Shown here one piece after another: positions 31,437 through 40,873 of a stretch of DNA of 64,000 bases. Below the pieces are notes generated by a model. It was given only the letters and a program-made list of their open reading frames with translations. It was not told where the DNA came from and searched no databases. The first letter of the stretch is position 1. Each line of letters starts with the position of its first letter. Source of the stretch: Candidatus Thermosaccharophagus tengchongensis (GTDB lineage: Bacteria; Armatimonadota; Fervidibacteria; Fervidibacterales; Thermosaccharophagaceae); NCBI GenBank assembly GCA_032161105.1, contig JAVHTD010000010.1, one strand, 5' to 3'. A program made the position numbers and the translations under genes.

Positions 31437-32375
31437 TTAGCTCTCGGTTAAGCTGCGCACTTGCATCCACCACGCAGATGGCTCGCACCGTCCCCTCAAT
31501 ACGAGCCAGCACACAACTGCCAACAACATCACCGTCACAACGACGCTCCCCTCAAGCCCGAAGGAACCACCGGTCAAAATTTCATTCCCATGCCATATGA
31601 CCTGCAATACTTGGTGTTCAAATTTCAACCCGCTAACTGGTGAGCCAAAGATGAAGCCGCATGAGAAGTTCCATCCCCAATGCAATCCGATGGCTGCCCA
31701 AAGTGCGCCGGTGCGTATGACGAGCAATGCAGCTACCGCACCAAACAACGCGATGTTGATGATGCTCGCAACAACGGTATGGGCTTTTACTGATGGGGCG
31801 AGCACGGTGAAGTTCAAAAGGTGAAGCAGCGAGAATAGAGCTGATGTTGTAGCGATACATACGGCAACACTAAAGCGAGTCAGCAAATTCTGAAGCACAT
31901 AACCACGCATCGTCAACTCCTCCATGCCGCTCTGGAAGCACAGACTCAACAGGTAAAATGCGAACCACGAGAGCATAGCATTCCCAAAGCCGACAATGCT
32001 CGCCCCTCCAAAGAGGACGCAAATGAGTGTGGCTAATGCAGCCATGATGAAACCACCAAAGAAACCGCCAACCAAATGCACACGCCAATGGCGAACCTTT
32101 ATAAGTCCGAGGCTGAAAAGACTCGCCCTATCAAACAGGCGCCTGCAAATTGACATGGAGATCAAAATCGGCACATGGAAGTAGCATGTGAGAAGCAACA
32201 GAGCCGTTGAAGAGCCCAGAAGATCTTGGGGCTTATTGATGGCTGCGCCAAGGAACGCAATCGCAATGGAGGCGATGAATGAGAACGGGAGCAGCAAACC
32301 GAGGCTAATGATTGCAAACAGAAAAATGCGCAGCACGGGATGAAGCAATGGCATCTGTATGTCTCGCTGTGCCAT
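31437..32375 (-). CDS. CPBP (CAAX protease/Abi) family intramembrane metalloprotease
   Basis: EELTMRGY, LFSLLH, IGLHWGWN motifs; multi-TM. Confidence 0.9.
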   Translation of the reverse strand: MAQRDIQMPLLHPVLRIFLFAIISLGLLLPFSFIASIAIAFLGAAINKPQDLLGSSTALLLLTCYFHVPILISMSICRRLFDRASLFSLGLIKVRHWRVHLVGGFFGGFIMAALATLICVLFGGASIVGFGNAMLSWFAFYLLSLCFQSGMEELTMRGYVLQNLLTRFSVAVCIATTSALFSLLHLLNFTVLAPSVKAHTVVASIINIALFGAVAALLVIRTGALWAAIGLHWGWNFSCGFIFGSPVSGLKFEHQVLQVIWHGNEILTGGSFGLEGSVVVTVMLLAVVCWLVLRGRCEPSAWWMQVRSLTES

Positions 32376-32482
32376 CGTGATCACTTTCCGCAAGCCAACG
32401 GAGGATGCCTTTGTTGACACTTGTTTGAGAACAGATTCCAGCCAGCTAAGTTTGCCATGCACCCTCTGTGCATTCAACCCGC

Positions 32483-34513
32483 TCAGAATGAAAAGATCTC
32501 GTGCCCGCGTTTTCCGCATGCAAAGTCAATTGCCGTCCACAAGCCGGCACTGAAAAACTCAGCCATGATGAGCCCGAGGAAGCCGGGAAGAAGTTGCCTG
32601 TAAACTTTTGCCCCTCCAAAGCGCATCACGATGACCTTTAAAGCCCACCCAACCATGATTGGGAACCAGAAGTTGATCATCGGCCATGATGCACCCATCA
32701 AGTAGCCAATTGGGTGCAGCGGAAACCATATGAACGAGCGGTGCAACGACAGTATGAGCGCCATCGTCATAACGCCAACGAGCATCCCCACAATGGCATT
32801 TGGCGATGGTGGCTCACCAACACTCAGAAGATGCGCAGTCCATGTGCAGTAAAGGTTGCGTGTGTAGTATGTTGTGAACCACGGATGCAATGTCATCCCG
32901 CCGTAGCGATACATGAGCCTCAGGTAGGAGACGAAAGAGCTTATGATGGCAATGAGCACGCTTACTGCAAGTGCCAAATTCAGTTGGCGCAAGTTCAACC
33001 TGCACATGTTGCCCAACTTGAGTGACTGCATTATGCACGGCATGAGTGGGCTTCGGTTGTCAAGCATGAACAGGTGGTCAAAGAGGGTCAAGATCGTTAT
33101 CTGCCTTGCACTGAAGCCCTGTGAGCCAAAGATTGAGAGCATGATGTTCCATGGGCGAAATGGATGCTGCACATAAAGCATGCCACCTTCGCAGACGAGC
33201 CTCACAGCCACAATGTGCACAACAAAGTAAAGCGAGAAGAGCATGAATGTAGCGATGAACCCACCACCGGCTATCCAACCCCAAATGGATATGGCGATGA
33301 TGCCGACAAGCAAGCCAAAGTATGCGAGGGAAAATGACATTGCTTCGTCTCTGTCGTTGGGTTCACTGACTGATACATGGGAGCGCAATCTTGAACAAGC
33401 CGGTAGCAGCATGATGGATTGCCTCAATGAGGTTTTGAGGGCGTGGATCAAATGTCCTCTCGCGTTCCACAGCATGTAGATCCCGAAAAGGATTATGCCG
33501 CCGATCATCTGGTGAGCAATGAAATCCCTGACTGGGTATGCTTGCACATTGCGCATTTGGACTCCGAATGCGGCAGCTGTGACCTGCTGTGCGAGGAAGA
33601 AGAAGTAGAAGGCAAACAGGCTGAATGTCAACTCGGCTGGCAGAAGGTAGCTAAGCCCGATAATGCTGAATGGTATGCGCACCCAGAACGGTTGGATGGC
33701 ATTCCAAGGCGGGCTTGCAAAATATGGGTCTAACGAAATTCGGTGGATGTTTATGTATGGGACTTGCGGGATGTAAAAGTGCAATCCGTTAAATGCGTGG
33801 ATCACAAATGGGACTGAAAAGAAAGCCCACATTGTGCGGTTGCGGAAGAAGCTGCCAACGGGCGACCTGCCATCTTCGTAATTCGTCATCTGCACTGGCA
33901 GGTGAACGAGCGGGAATACGAGCTTCTCATTCTCAACCCATTGTCTCCTCAGCAGCGCGGCAAGGCAAAAGAAGACGAGGTAAACCGGCAAGATGAGCCC
34001 AAGCCAACACGCGAGCGGAATAAGCCACTCACCGAGCGGCGGAGATGTGTTTGGCGGCAGACCCTCGTAAAGGAATTTGATCGCTTCCTTGCTTTGCGGT
34101 GCGAGCCACTTCGGCAGGTTTGGCAGGATGAGTTCGCCAAACCTATTCTCCGGCGATGCGAAGTAATACGGACCAGCAATGTAGGGGATGAGCAAACCGG
34201 TCAATCCAAACGATGGTATGCCTGCAGATACGAGCGCCATAGCGAATAGCGTTATCAATTCCCCCTGAGATAGCCCTTTGCCCAATGCCCTCAATATGGG
34301 GTTCAAAAACAGCGTTATGGCAAAGAGGAGGGAAAAACTTGCTATCGGAAAGGATGTGAGCCCAACCCAAGTGCCCTTCATCACTAAGTCGCTGTATGGT
34401 ATGCCGATCCCGAGGATGAGAACGCAAACTATGCCGATCAGCCAAGAGCGAGCCGTTATGTCGGATACAGCCTCACTTCGGATAGCGCTATAAGTGCTTG
34501 AAGCGATTCCCAT
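32483..34513 (-). CDS. DUF6785/DUF6784-type polytopic membrane protein (putative transporter)
   Basis: Many TMs; RRQWVENEKLVFPL, WFPLHPIGY, PGFLGLIMAE motifs. Confidence 0.75.
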   Translation of the reverse strand: MGIASSTYSAIRSEAVSDITARSWLIGIVCVLILGIGIPYSDLVMKGTWVGLTSFPIASFSLLFAITLFLNPILRALGKGLSQGELITLFAMALVSAGIPSFGLTGLLIPYIAGPYYFASPENRFGELILPNLPKWLAPQSKEAIKFLYEGLPPNTSPPLGEWLIPLACWLGLILPVYLVFFCLAALLRRQWVENEKLVFPLVHLPVQMTNYEDGRSPVGSFFRNRTMWAFFSVPFVIHAFNGLHFYIPQVPYINIHRISLDPYFASPPWNAIQPFWVRIPFSIIGLSYLLPAELTFSLFAFYFFFLAQQVTAAAFGVQMRNVQAYPVRDFIAHQMIGGIILFGIYMLWNARGHLIHALKTSLRQSIMLLPACSRLRSHVSVSEPNDRDEAMSFSLAYFGLLVGIIAISIWGWIAGGGFIATFMLFSLYFVVHIVAVRLVCEGGMLYVQHPFRPWNIMLSIFGSQGFSARQITILTLFDHLFMLDNRSPLMPCIMQSLKLGNMCRLNLRQLNLALAVSVLIAIISSFVSYLRLMYRYGGMTLHPWFTTYYTRNLYCTWTAHLLSVGEPPSPNAIVGMLVGVMTMALILSLHRSFIWFPLHPIGYLMGASWPMINFWFPIMVGWALKVIVMRFGGAKVYRQLLPGFLGLIMAEFFSAGLWTAIDFACGKRGHEIFSF

Positions 34514-34717
34514 CGCTTGACACCGAACCGAGTTAGGATGAACTGCTGTGTGCCCTAACAACCAGACCCGCATGGGCATTCTGAAAAAATGCCATAGCGG
34601 GCAAACCCGCCAACTTGGAAGCCGGATCAAAGGTAGATCAAATCGGGTAAAACTCCTCCTTGCGCTCCATCACAAAAACCATTTTTTCCAGTCCGCGCCT
34701 TGCATGCTGCAATTCAC

Positions 34718-34747
34718 TTGCGCTTGTGAGCTTTCCTAAGTTATACT
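34718..34747 (+). promoter_or_regulatory. Possible sigma70-type promoter for DUF1080-hypCDE
   Basis: TTGCGC-18 nt-TATACT in divergent intergenic region. Confidence 0.35.
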
Positions 34748-34921
34748 GCATTAAGCGACGCTGTGTTTTAAAGAGCCAAGCAAATTGCAATTGCGGGAAA
34801 GGTGGTGTCAGCTTTTGTGACAGGCGCATCAAACAGCTGCTTGCCGAACCCCGGAAGGGAAGCTTTCGCAAAGCCATGTTGTGAAGGAAAAACACCAAGC
34901 ACGACACGGAGGTGGATAAAG

Positions 34922-36292
34922 ATGGTTGAAGTGAGGAGGGGCAGGGCATTTGTCATGGCATCTTCGCTTGCTGGCGTGTTCCTAATCACCGTAAGCTTGA
35001 TGGGCGTTTTCAATCCGATAGCTGTGACACAGGAAACGCTCAATCAACTCACTGAGGACGAAAAGAGGGAGGGTTGGAAGCTGCTGTTCAACGGATACGA
35101 TTTGAGCGGTTGGGTTGTGATGGGGAACAAAGATGGCTTTTATGTGAAGGACGGAGCAATAAGGAGCGAGGGCGGCAAGGGTGGTTATTGGCTGCGCTCA
35201 GAACAGCAGTATGGTGACTTTATCTTGAAGGTTGAATGGCGTGTCTCCCCGAAAGGGAATAGCGGTGTCTTCATACGGTGTCCCGAGAAGGGCAACCCGT
35301 GGGAGACGGGCATTGAAGTGCAAATCACGAATGAGCCAAGAGATGAGTTACACTGCACCGGCTCGCTGTATGGACTTGTGCCAGTGAACCCACGCCCGGA
35401 TGAGTCTGCGGATAAATGGCACCAGTTTGAAATACATTGCGCGGGCAAAAGGATAGTTGTGCTCGCCGATGGCGTCAAATGCGTTGACGCACATATGGAT
35501 AAGGTGCCAGCGCTAAAGAACAAACCGATGAATGGTTACATTGGCTTGCAGGATTCGCATGCACCCGCTCCAAGCTACATTGAGTTCCGAAACATTAAGC
35601 TCAAGGATTTGAATGCCATTCTCGGCGACTTACTCCGGTTGGAGCTCCCTGACAATGTTCCTCCGCCGGGCTTTACAGCGCTCTTCAACGGAAAAGACCT
35701 AAGCGGGTGGAAAGTTGACGACGAGGGGCGCAAGCATTGGGTCGTCAAGGATGGAGTCATTGATTACGATGGCAAATGGCGTGACCTGTGGACGGAGAAG
35801 GAATTTGAGGACTTCATACTCATCGTTGACTGGCGTTGGAGCGGCAAGCCGACCGAAGTTGAGCGCCCAATCATACTCCCAAATGGTGATTACGCAAGAA
35901 CACCCGATGGCAAAACTGCAACGCAGCGTGTTCTTGATGCCGGCGATAGCGGGATTTACCTTCGCGGCTCAAGCAAGTCGCAAATCAACATCTGGTGTTG
36001 GCCGTGTGGCTCGGGTGAGATATACGGCTATAGGACTGATCCCAAGATGCCGCCAGAAGTGAGAGCAAAGGCAACACCGAAGCTTAATGCCGACAACCCG
36101 ATCGGGGAATGGAACAGGTTCATCATCATAATGCGCGGTGAGCGGGTGACAGTCTTCCTCAACAACCTTGAGGTCATTTCCGATGCACCGCTCCCGGGTG
36201 TGCCAAAGAAAGGTCCAATTGCATTGCAGCATCATGGCTCACCAATCCAGTTCAAAAACATCTTCATCAAGGAGCTGCCGAAAGAGGGGTAG
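34922..36292 (+). CDS. Exported tandem DUF1080 protein
   Basis: N-terminal hydrophobic segment; LTEDEKREGWKLLFNG; two LFNGxDLSGW…SG…LQxH…FxNI repeats; GGAGGTGG RBS. Confidence 0.88.
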   Translation: MVEVRRGRAFVMASSLAGVFLITVSLMGVFNPIAVTQETLNQLTEDEKREGWKLLFNGYDLSGWVVMGNKDGFYVKDGAIRSEGGKGGYWLRSEQQYGDFILKVEWRVSPKGNSGVFIRCPEKGNPWETGIEVQITNEPRDELHCTGSLYGLVPVNPRPDESADKWHQFEIHCAGKRIVVLADGVKCVDAHMDKVPALKNKPMNGYIGLQDSHAPAPSYIEFRNIKLKDLNAILGDLLRLELPDNVPPPGFTALFNGKDLSGWKVDDEGRKHWVVKDGVIDYDGKWRDLWTEKEFEDFILIVDWRWSGKPTEVERPIILPNGDYARTPDGKTATQRVLDAGDSGIYLRGSSKSQINIWCWPCGSGEIYGYRTDPKMPPEVRAKATPKLNADNPIGEWNRFIIIMRGERVTVFLNNLEVISDAPLPGVPKKGPIALQHHGSPIQFKNIFIKELPKEG

Positions 36293-36378
36293 CGACAATG
36301 CCCTCTCGCAAATTGCACACGCTGTTATGACGATACCCTCCAAATGATGGGTTGCTTTCCATATGGGGTGCAATGAGA

Positions 36379-36612
36379 ATGTGCTTGGCAGTGCCCATGC
36401 GAGTCGTCAGCATTGAAGGGGTTGAGGCAGAGGTTGAGCAAGGTGGGACAAGGCTTCGTGCAAGGATTGATCTTGTTGAGAATGTCAAAGTGGGTGACTA
36501 TGTGCTCGTGCATGCCGGCTTCGCCATCCAAACACTGGATGAGGATGAAGCCCTTGAGACATTGCGCCTGCTTGAGATGCTTGGCATGGGCATCCAAAGC
36601 ACACCTGATTAG
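36379..36612 (+). CDS. hypC: Hydrogenase maturation chaperone HypC
   Basis: MCLAVP start; VGDYVLVHAGFAI. Confidence 0.96.
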   Translation: MCLAVPMRVVSIEGVEAEVEQGGTRLRARIDLVENVKVGDYVLVHAGFAIQTLDEDEALETLRLLEMLGMGIQSTPD

Positions 36613-36620
36613 GGGTGTAA

Positions 36621-37721
36621 ATGGCGTTGCGTTGGGTTAGCGAATTCCGTAACGGAAGGGTTGCTCAGCGCCTCATTGAGCGGATCGCTGAAATCGCCGA
36701 TCGTGAGTGCACACTTATGGAAGTCTGTGGAACGCACACAATGGCAATTGCCAGATTTGGCATCAGACAGATGCTGCCAAATTCAGTCAGGCTCATTTCC
36801 GGTCCCGGCTGCCCCGTGTGCGTCACGGCTCAATCTGACATAGACAGGTTCATCGCCATAGGGCAAGTTGATGGCGTCGTGCTTGCCACATTCGGCGACA
36901 TGGTCAAAGTTCCGGGATCACAGTTCAGCTTGCGAGATGCGCGCACACACGGAATTGATGTGCGAGTTGTTTATTCGCCATTTGAGGCGGTTGAGCTCGC
37001 CCGCCAAATGCCCGATAGGGAAGTCGTGTTCATGGCGATCGGCTTTGAGACGACGGCTCCCGGGATAGCGCTTTCAATAATTCAGGCTGAGAATGAGCGC
37101 CTGCGCAACTTCTTCATCTACCCGGCAAACAAGCTTGTTCCACCAGCAATGAAAGCGTTGCTGTCGTTTGACGATGTGCGCATTGATGGCTTTTTATGCC
37201 CCGGGCATGTGAGCACGATAATAGGCATGCGCCCATACGAGCCAATAGCAACTGATTACGGCAAGCCATGCGTGATTGCCGGGTTTGAGCCGTTGGACAT
37301 CCTTCAAGCCGTGTTGATGTTGCTTGTGCAAATCCGCTCCGGACAGGCTAAGGTTGAAAATCAATATCGGCGCGCAGTCCGCCCGGAGGGAAACGAAGCT
37401 GCAAGGAGGCTCATTGATGAAGTGTTTGAGCCTCAAGCAGTTGAATGGCGTGGCTTGGGAATCATTGAAGAGAGCGGTCTAAAGCTGAGGCGCAAATATG
37501 AGCACTTTGATGCGCGCTTGACCTTTGATGTCCAAGTGCCACAAACAAAGGAGCACCCTGCATGTCAATGCGGCGAAATACTTCGCGGTGCCGCTTTGCC
37601 AACGGATTGCAAGCTATTTGCGACGGCGTGCACCCCCGATCACCCAATAGGACCATGCATGGTATCAAGCGAGGGCGCTTGTGCCGCATATTACCGTTAT
37701 CGTGAGGTGAGCTTGAGTTGA
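36621..37721 (+). CDS. hypD: Hydrogenase maturation protein HypD
   Basis: MEVCGTHT, GPGCPVCVT, GFETT, PGHVS, GPCMVSSEGACAA. Confidence 0.97.
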   Translation: MALRWVSEFRNGRVAQRLIERIAEIADRECTLMEVCGTHTMAIARFGIRQMLPNSVRLISGPGCPVCVTAQSDIDRFIAIGQVDGVVLATFGDMVKVPGSQFSLRDARTHGIDVRVVYSPFEAVELARQMPDREVVFMAIGFETTAPGIALSIIQAENERLRNFFIYPANKLVPPAMKALLSFDDVRIDGFLCPGHVSTIIGMRPYEPIATDYGKPCVIAGFEPLDILQAVLMLLVQIRSGQAKVENQYRRAVRPEGNEAARRLIDEVFEPQAVEWRGLGIIEESGLKLRRKYEHFDARLTFDVQVPQTKEHPACQCGEILRGAALPTDCKLFATACTPDHPIGPCMVSSEGACAAYYRYREVSLS

Positions 37722-38746
37722 ATGCTCTCACGATAAATGGCGCTGCTGGCAGAGTCATCACGCTCGCGCATGGTGGCGGTGGGAGGAAAATGCAAGAGCT
37801 CATCAAGTCGCTCTTCCTGCCGGCATTCGCAAACGAATTGCTCTCACCCCTTTCCGACAGCGCAGTCGGAGAATTTGACGGGTGCAAGATCGCCATAACA
37901 ACGGATGCATTTGTCGTCTCACCGATTGAGTTTCCGGGTGGCGACATTGGCAAACTCTCCATATGCGGAACTGTGAATGACCTTTCGGTTGCCGGGGCAC
38001 GCCCGATTTGGCTTTGTGCTTCGTTCATTGTTGAAGAGGGGCTTCAGATGGATACGCTTGAACGGATAGTGAACTCAATGCACAGAGCCGCATATGAAGC
38101 CGGCGTGAAAATAGTCGCCGGAGATACGAAGGTCGTTAGTAGGGGAAACTGTGACAAGCTCTTCATCGTCACATCGGGTATTGGGTTAGTGCAAGCCGAC
38201 TTGAGCGCCAAGCGCATTAGCGTTGGCGATGCTGTCCTTGTGAGCGGTTACATCGGCGATCATGGAATAGCCGTCATGTCAAAGCGTGAGGGGCTCGGCT
38301 TTGAGACGGAGGTGGAAAGCGACTGCGCACCACTCTGGTCACTCGTTGAGGCGCTTCTAAACGGCTGCAAGACTTTGCGCTGCTTGAAAGACCCAACGAG
38401 GGGTGGGCTTGCCACAGCCCTCCACGAACTCGCCGAGGCAGCCAATGTGTGCATTGAAATTGACGAGGACGCAATCCCAATACGCCCGCCGGTAATGACT
38501 GCATGTGAGTTGCTCGGCATTGACCCGCTCTATGTGGCTAACGAAGGTAAGTTGGTTGCCGTTGTGTCAGCGGATGAAGCGGAAGTTGCACTGAACATCA
38601 TGCGCTCGCATGCTCTTGGCAGGCACGCAAGCATAATTGGGAGGGTGATCGCTGAGCCAAAGGGACAGTTAGTGCTTCGGACTGCCATCGGCTCAAGGCG
38701 ATTAGTTGAACCCTTCTCTGGAGAGCAACTCCCAAGGATTTGTTGA
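37718..38746 (+). CDS. hypE: Hydrogenase maturation protein HypE
   Basis: LAHGGGG, FPGGDIGKL, DPTRGG, C-terminal LPRIC. Confidence 0.97.
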   Translation: MNALTINGAAGRVITLAHGGGGRKMQELIKSLFLPAFANELLSPLSDSAVGEFDGCKIAITTDAFVVSPIEFPGGDIGKLSICGTVNDLSVAGARPIWLCASFIVEEGLQMDTLERIVNSMHRAAYEAGVKIVAGDTKVVSRGNCDKLFIVTSGIGLVQADLSAKRISVGDAVLVSGYIGDHGIAVMSKREGLGFETEVESDCAPLWSLVEALLNGCKTLRCLKDPTRGGLATALHELAEAANVCIEIDEDAIPIRPPVMTACELLGIDPLYVANEGKLVAVVSADEAEVALNIMRSHALGRHASIIGRVIAEPKGQLVLRTAIGSRRLVEPFSGEQLPRIC

Positions 38747-38827
38747 GGTCAATATAGGCAATAAGCGCAACGAAGCGAGTCCCCTTCCACACCGTGTAAA
38801 GCTGCGATTGATGAAAAACAGCGCGCC

Positions 38828-39616
38828 TCATACACCCCTATGGTTCGGGATAGTTTTACGCGCCGCAATGATTTGCTCATCATAGGTAGCATACACAGTT
38901 TCACCCGGCTGCACAATTAGAAATTCCGCCTCGTCCCATTGCCCATCCACCCATCTTTCCAGCAACCCTAAATCACCTTTCAATTCACGATATTCCCATC
39001 CACGCTGCCGGCAAATCTCCCGGACCTCCTCTCTGAGCCCAAGATGCTCGGTGAAGTCAAAGCTGATCAGCATGCCGCACTTGTATTTCTGCGTCCATCC
39101 ATGCGCAACCTCCAAGATGTAGAGGGCATTTTCTTCGCCATATTGCTCCACCAACTCAGCAAATGACCTCCCAAAAGCGATGGGGACATTCTGTGACGGG
39201 AGTTCATCTCTCCCCAACCCATGCCGGCCACTTTCCCTTCTCTTGCACTTCGGCAACTCCAACCAACCGGCGGTGTAAAAGTAGGTGCCCGGATTGGCAC
39301 TGAATACCTGTTGGTATCTCTCCTTAGAACCCAAGAAGAATGTGATGCAATCGTGCGCCCTCGGAATGACCAATCTGGTATCCCTCGCCGTCAGACCAAC
39401 GAGCATCGTATTGCATAGACCGTAACCGATTAATATGGCATCATATTGTCCCTTCGGCACGAGGTCTACATGCGCCTGAAGAATGCCCCTTCCAACTTGA
39501 GGTTCGTCGTGGTAACCGACCGGCAAAAACTCCAAGTCCACGATGTTGCGTGACTTCGCCACCACAAAACAAATTTCACGACGGGCAATCTCGCATGCGA
39601 TAACCTTGAGGAACAT
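38828..39616 (-). CDS. DUF1638 domain protein
   Basis: KVIACEI, IGYGLC, PRAHDCITFFLGS, YFYTAGW; GGAGG RBS. Confidence 0.82.
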   Translation of the reverse strand: MFLKVIACEIARREICFVVAKSRNIVDLEFLPVGYHDEPQVGRGILQAHVDLVPKGQYDAILIGYGLCNTMLVGLTARDTRLVIPRAHDCITFFLGSKERYQQVFSANPGTYFYTAGWLELPKCKRRESGRHGLGRDELPSQNVPIAFGRSFAELVEQYGEENALYILEVAHGWTQKYKCGMLISFDFTEHLGLREEVREICRQRGWEYRELKGDLGLLERWVDGQWDEAEFLIVQPGETVYATYDEQIIAARKTIPNHRGV

Positions 39617-39752
39617 CGTTCCACCTCCTCTTACAGCTGTGAACTTGCAACAAGGAAGAGATGTCCCAAGGTAGGGCGGCGGATGCACCAAAGCAGCAAA
39701 ATGTATTATGCGAGCGCCTTGGATCGCCGTTTGGGCGGGAGTGATAGAAAGG

Positions 39753-40850
39753 ATGCTCTCAGTTGGCATAGTTGGGCTGCCGAATGTTGGCAAGTCAACC
39801 CTTTTTAACGCCTTGACGAGGGCACATGCAGAAGTCTCCAACTACCCGTTTTGCACGATCTCGCCAAATGAGGCGATTGTTGCCGTCCCAGATGAACGCC
39901 CATACGAACTCGCGAAGATGTTCAATCAGGAACGGGTTGTGCCGGCGACTTTCAAGTTCGTTGACATTGCTGGGCTTGTAAGGAACGCACACAAAGGTGA
40001 GGGCTTGGGGAACGAGTTCCTGTCGCACATCAGAGGGGTGGATGCGATACTGCACCTTGTGCGATGCTTCAAAAGGTTGGATGTGGCACATGTTGATGGC
40101 AGCGTTGACCCAGTCAGGGATGTTGAGGTTGTTGAGCTTGAGCTCGCCCTCGCCGACATGCAGCTTCTTCAAAGGAGGCTCACGCACATTTCAAAGCGCG
40201 CAGCCTCCGGAGATAAGGATGCGCGAGCTGAAGTCGGCTTGCTTGAAAAGCTGATCAGCGAGTTGGACAAAGGGAAGCCGGTGAGAAAGATCCAATTCAC
40301 ATCCGAGGAGTCAGAACGCATTGGACAATATCAACTCCTGACGGCTAAGCCATGCATTTATGTCGGCAATGTGGACGAGGGCGAGGAAAGCAACTTGGCA
40401 TTCTTGGAACTCAAGCGTTGGTGTGACGAGCGTGGCTACCGTGCGTTGCCTATAAATGCGAAGTTGCACATGGAGTTGAGCGAGTTGCCGGAGGATGAAG
40501 CAAAGGAGATGGCGAGCGCCTTTGGAATTGAGACATCGGCGTTGGATGAAATAGTGAGGGAATGCTTCAGACTGCTTGATGCCATCGTTTTCTTCACAGC
40601 CGTCGGAAGGGAAGTGACAGCATGGGTGATAAAGCGAGGCACAACCGCAATCAAGGCTGCCGGAAAGATACACAGCGACTTTGAGCGCGGCTTCATAAGG
40701 GCTGAGGTTATACCTTTTGATCTGCTCAAGCAAGTTGGCTCATGGGAAATGGCGAGGCAAAGCGGTCTGGTGCAAATCAAGGGGAAGGATTACATCGTCC
40801 AAGATGGCGATGTCATTCATTTTCGCTTCCATGTGCCTCACGGGAGCTGA
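39753..40850 (+). CDS. ychF: Redox-regulated ATPase YchF
   Basis: GIVGLPNVGKSTLFNALT, DIAGLV, GEGLGNEFL, IHSDFERGFIRAE. Confidence 0.96.
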   Translation: MLSVGIVGLPNVGKSTLFNALTRAHAEVSNYPFCTISPNEAIVAVPDERPYELAKMFNQERVVPATFKFVDIAGLVRNAHKGEGLGNEFLSHIRGVDAILHLVRCFKRLDVAHVDGSVDPVRDVEVVELELALADMQLLQRRLTHISKRAASGDKDARAEVGLLEKLISELDKGKPVRKIQFTSEESERIGQYQLLTAKPCIYVGNVDEGEESNLAFLELKRWCDERGYRALPINAKLHMELSELPEDEAKEMASAFGIETSALDEIVRECFRLLDAIVFFTAVGREVTAWVIKRGTTAIKAAGKIHSDFERGFIRAEVIPFDLLKQVGSWEMARQSGLVQIKGKDYIVQDGDVIHFRFHVPHGS

Positions 40851-40873
40851 CGAGATTACGCGAGCATCGCTTG

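Noticed and set aside
34840..34875. CCCGGAAGGGAAGC resembling the SRP RNA loop
   Set aside because: The flanking conserved CAGG/AGCAG internal loop and long helix are missing.
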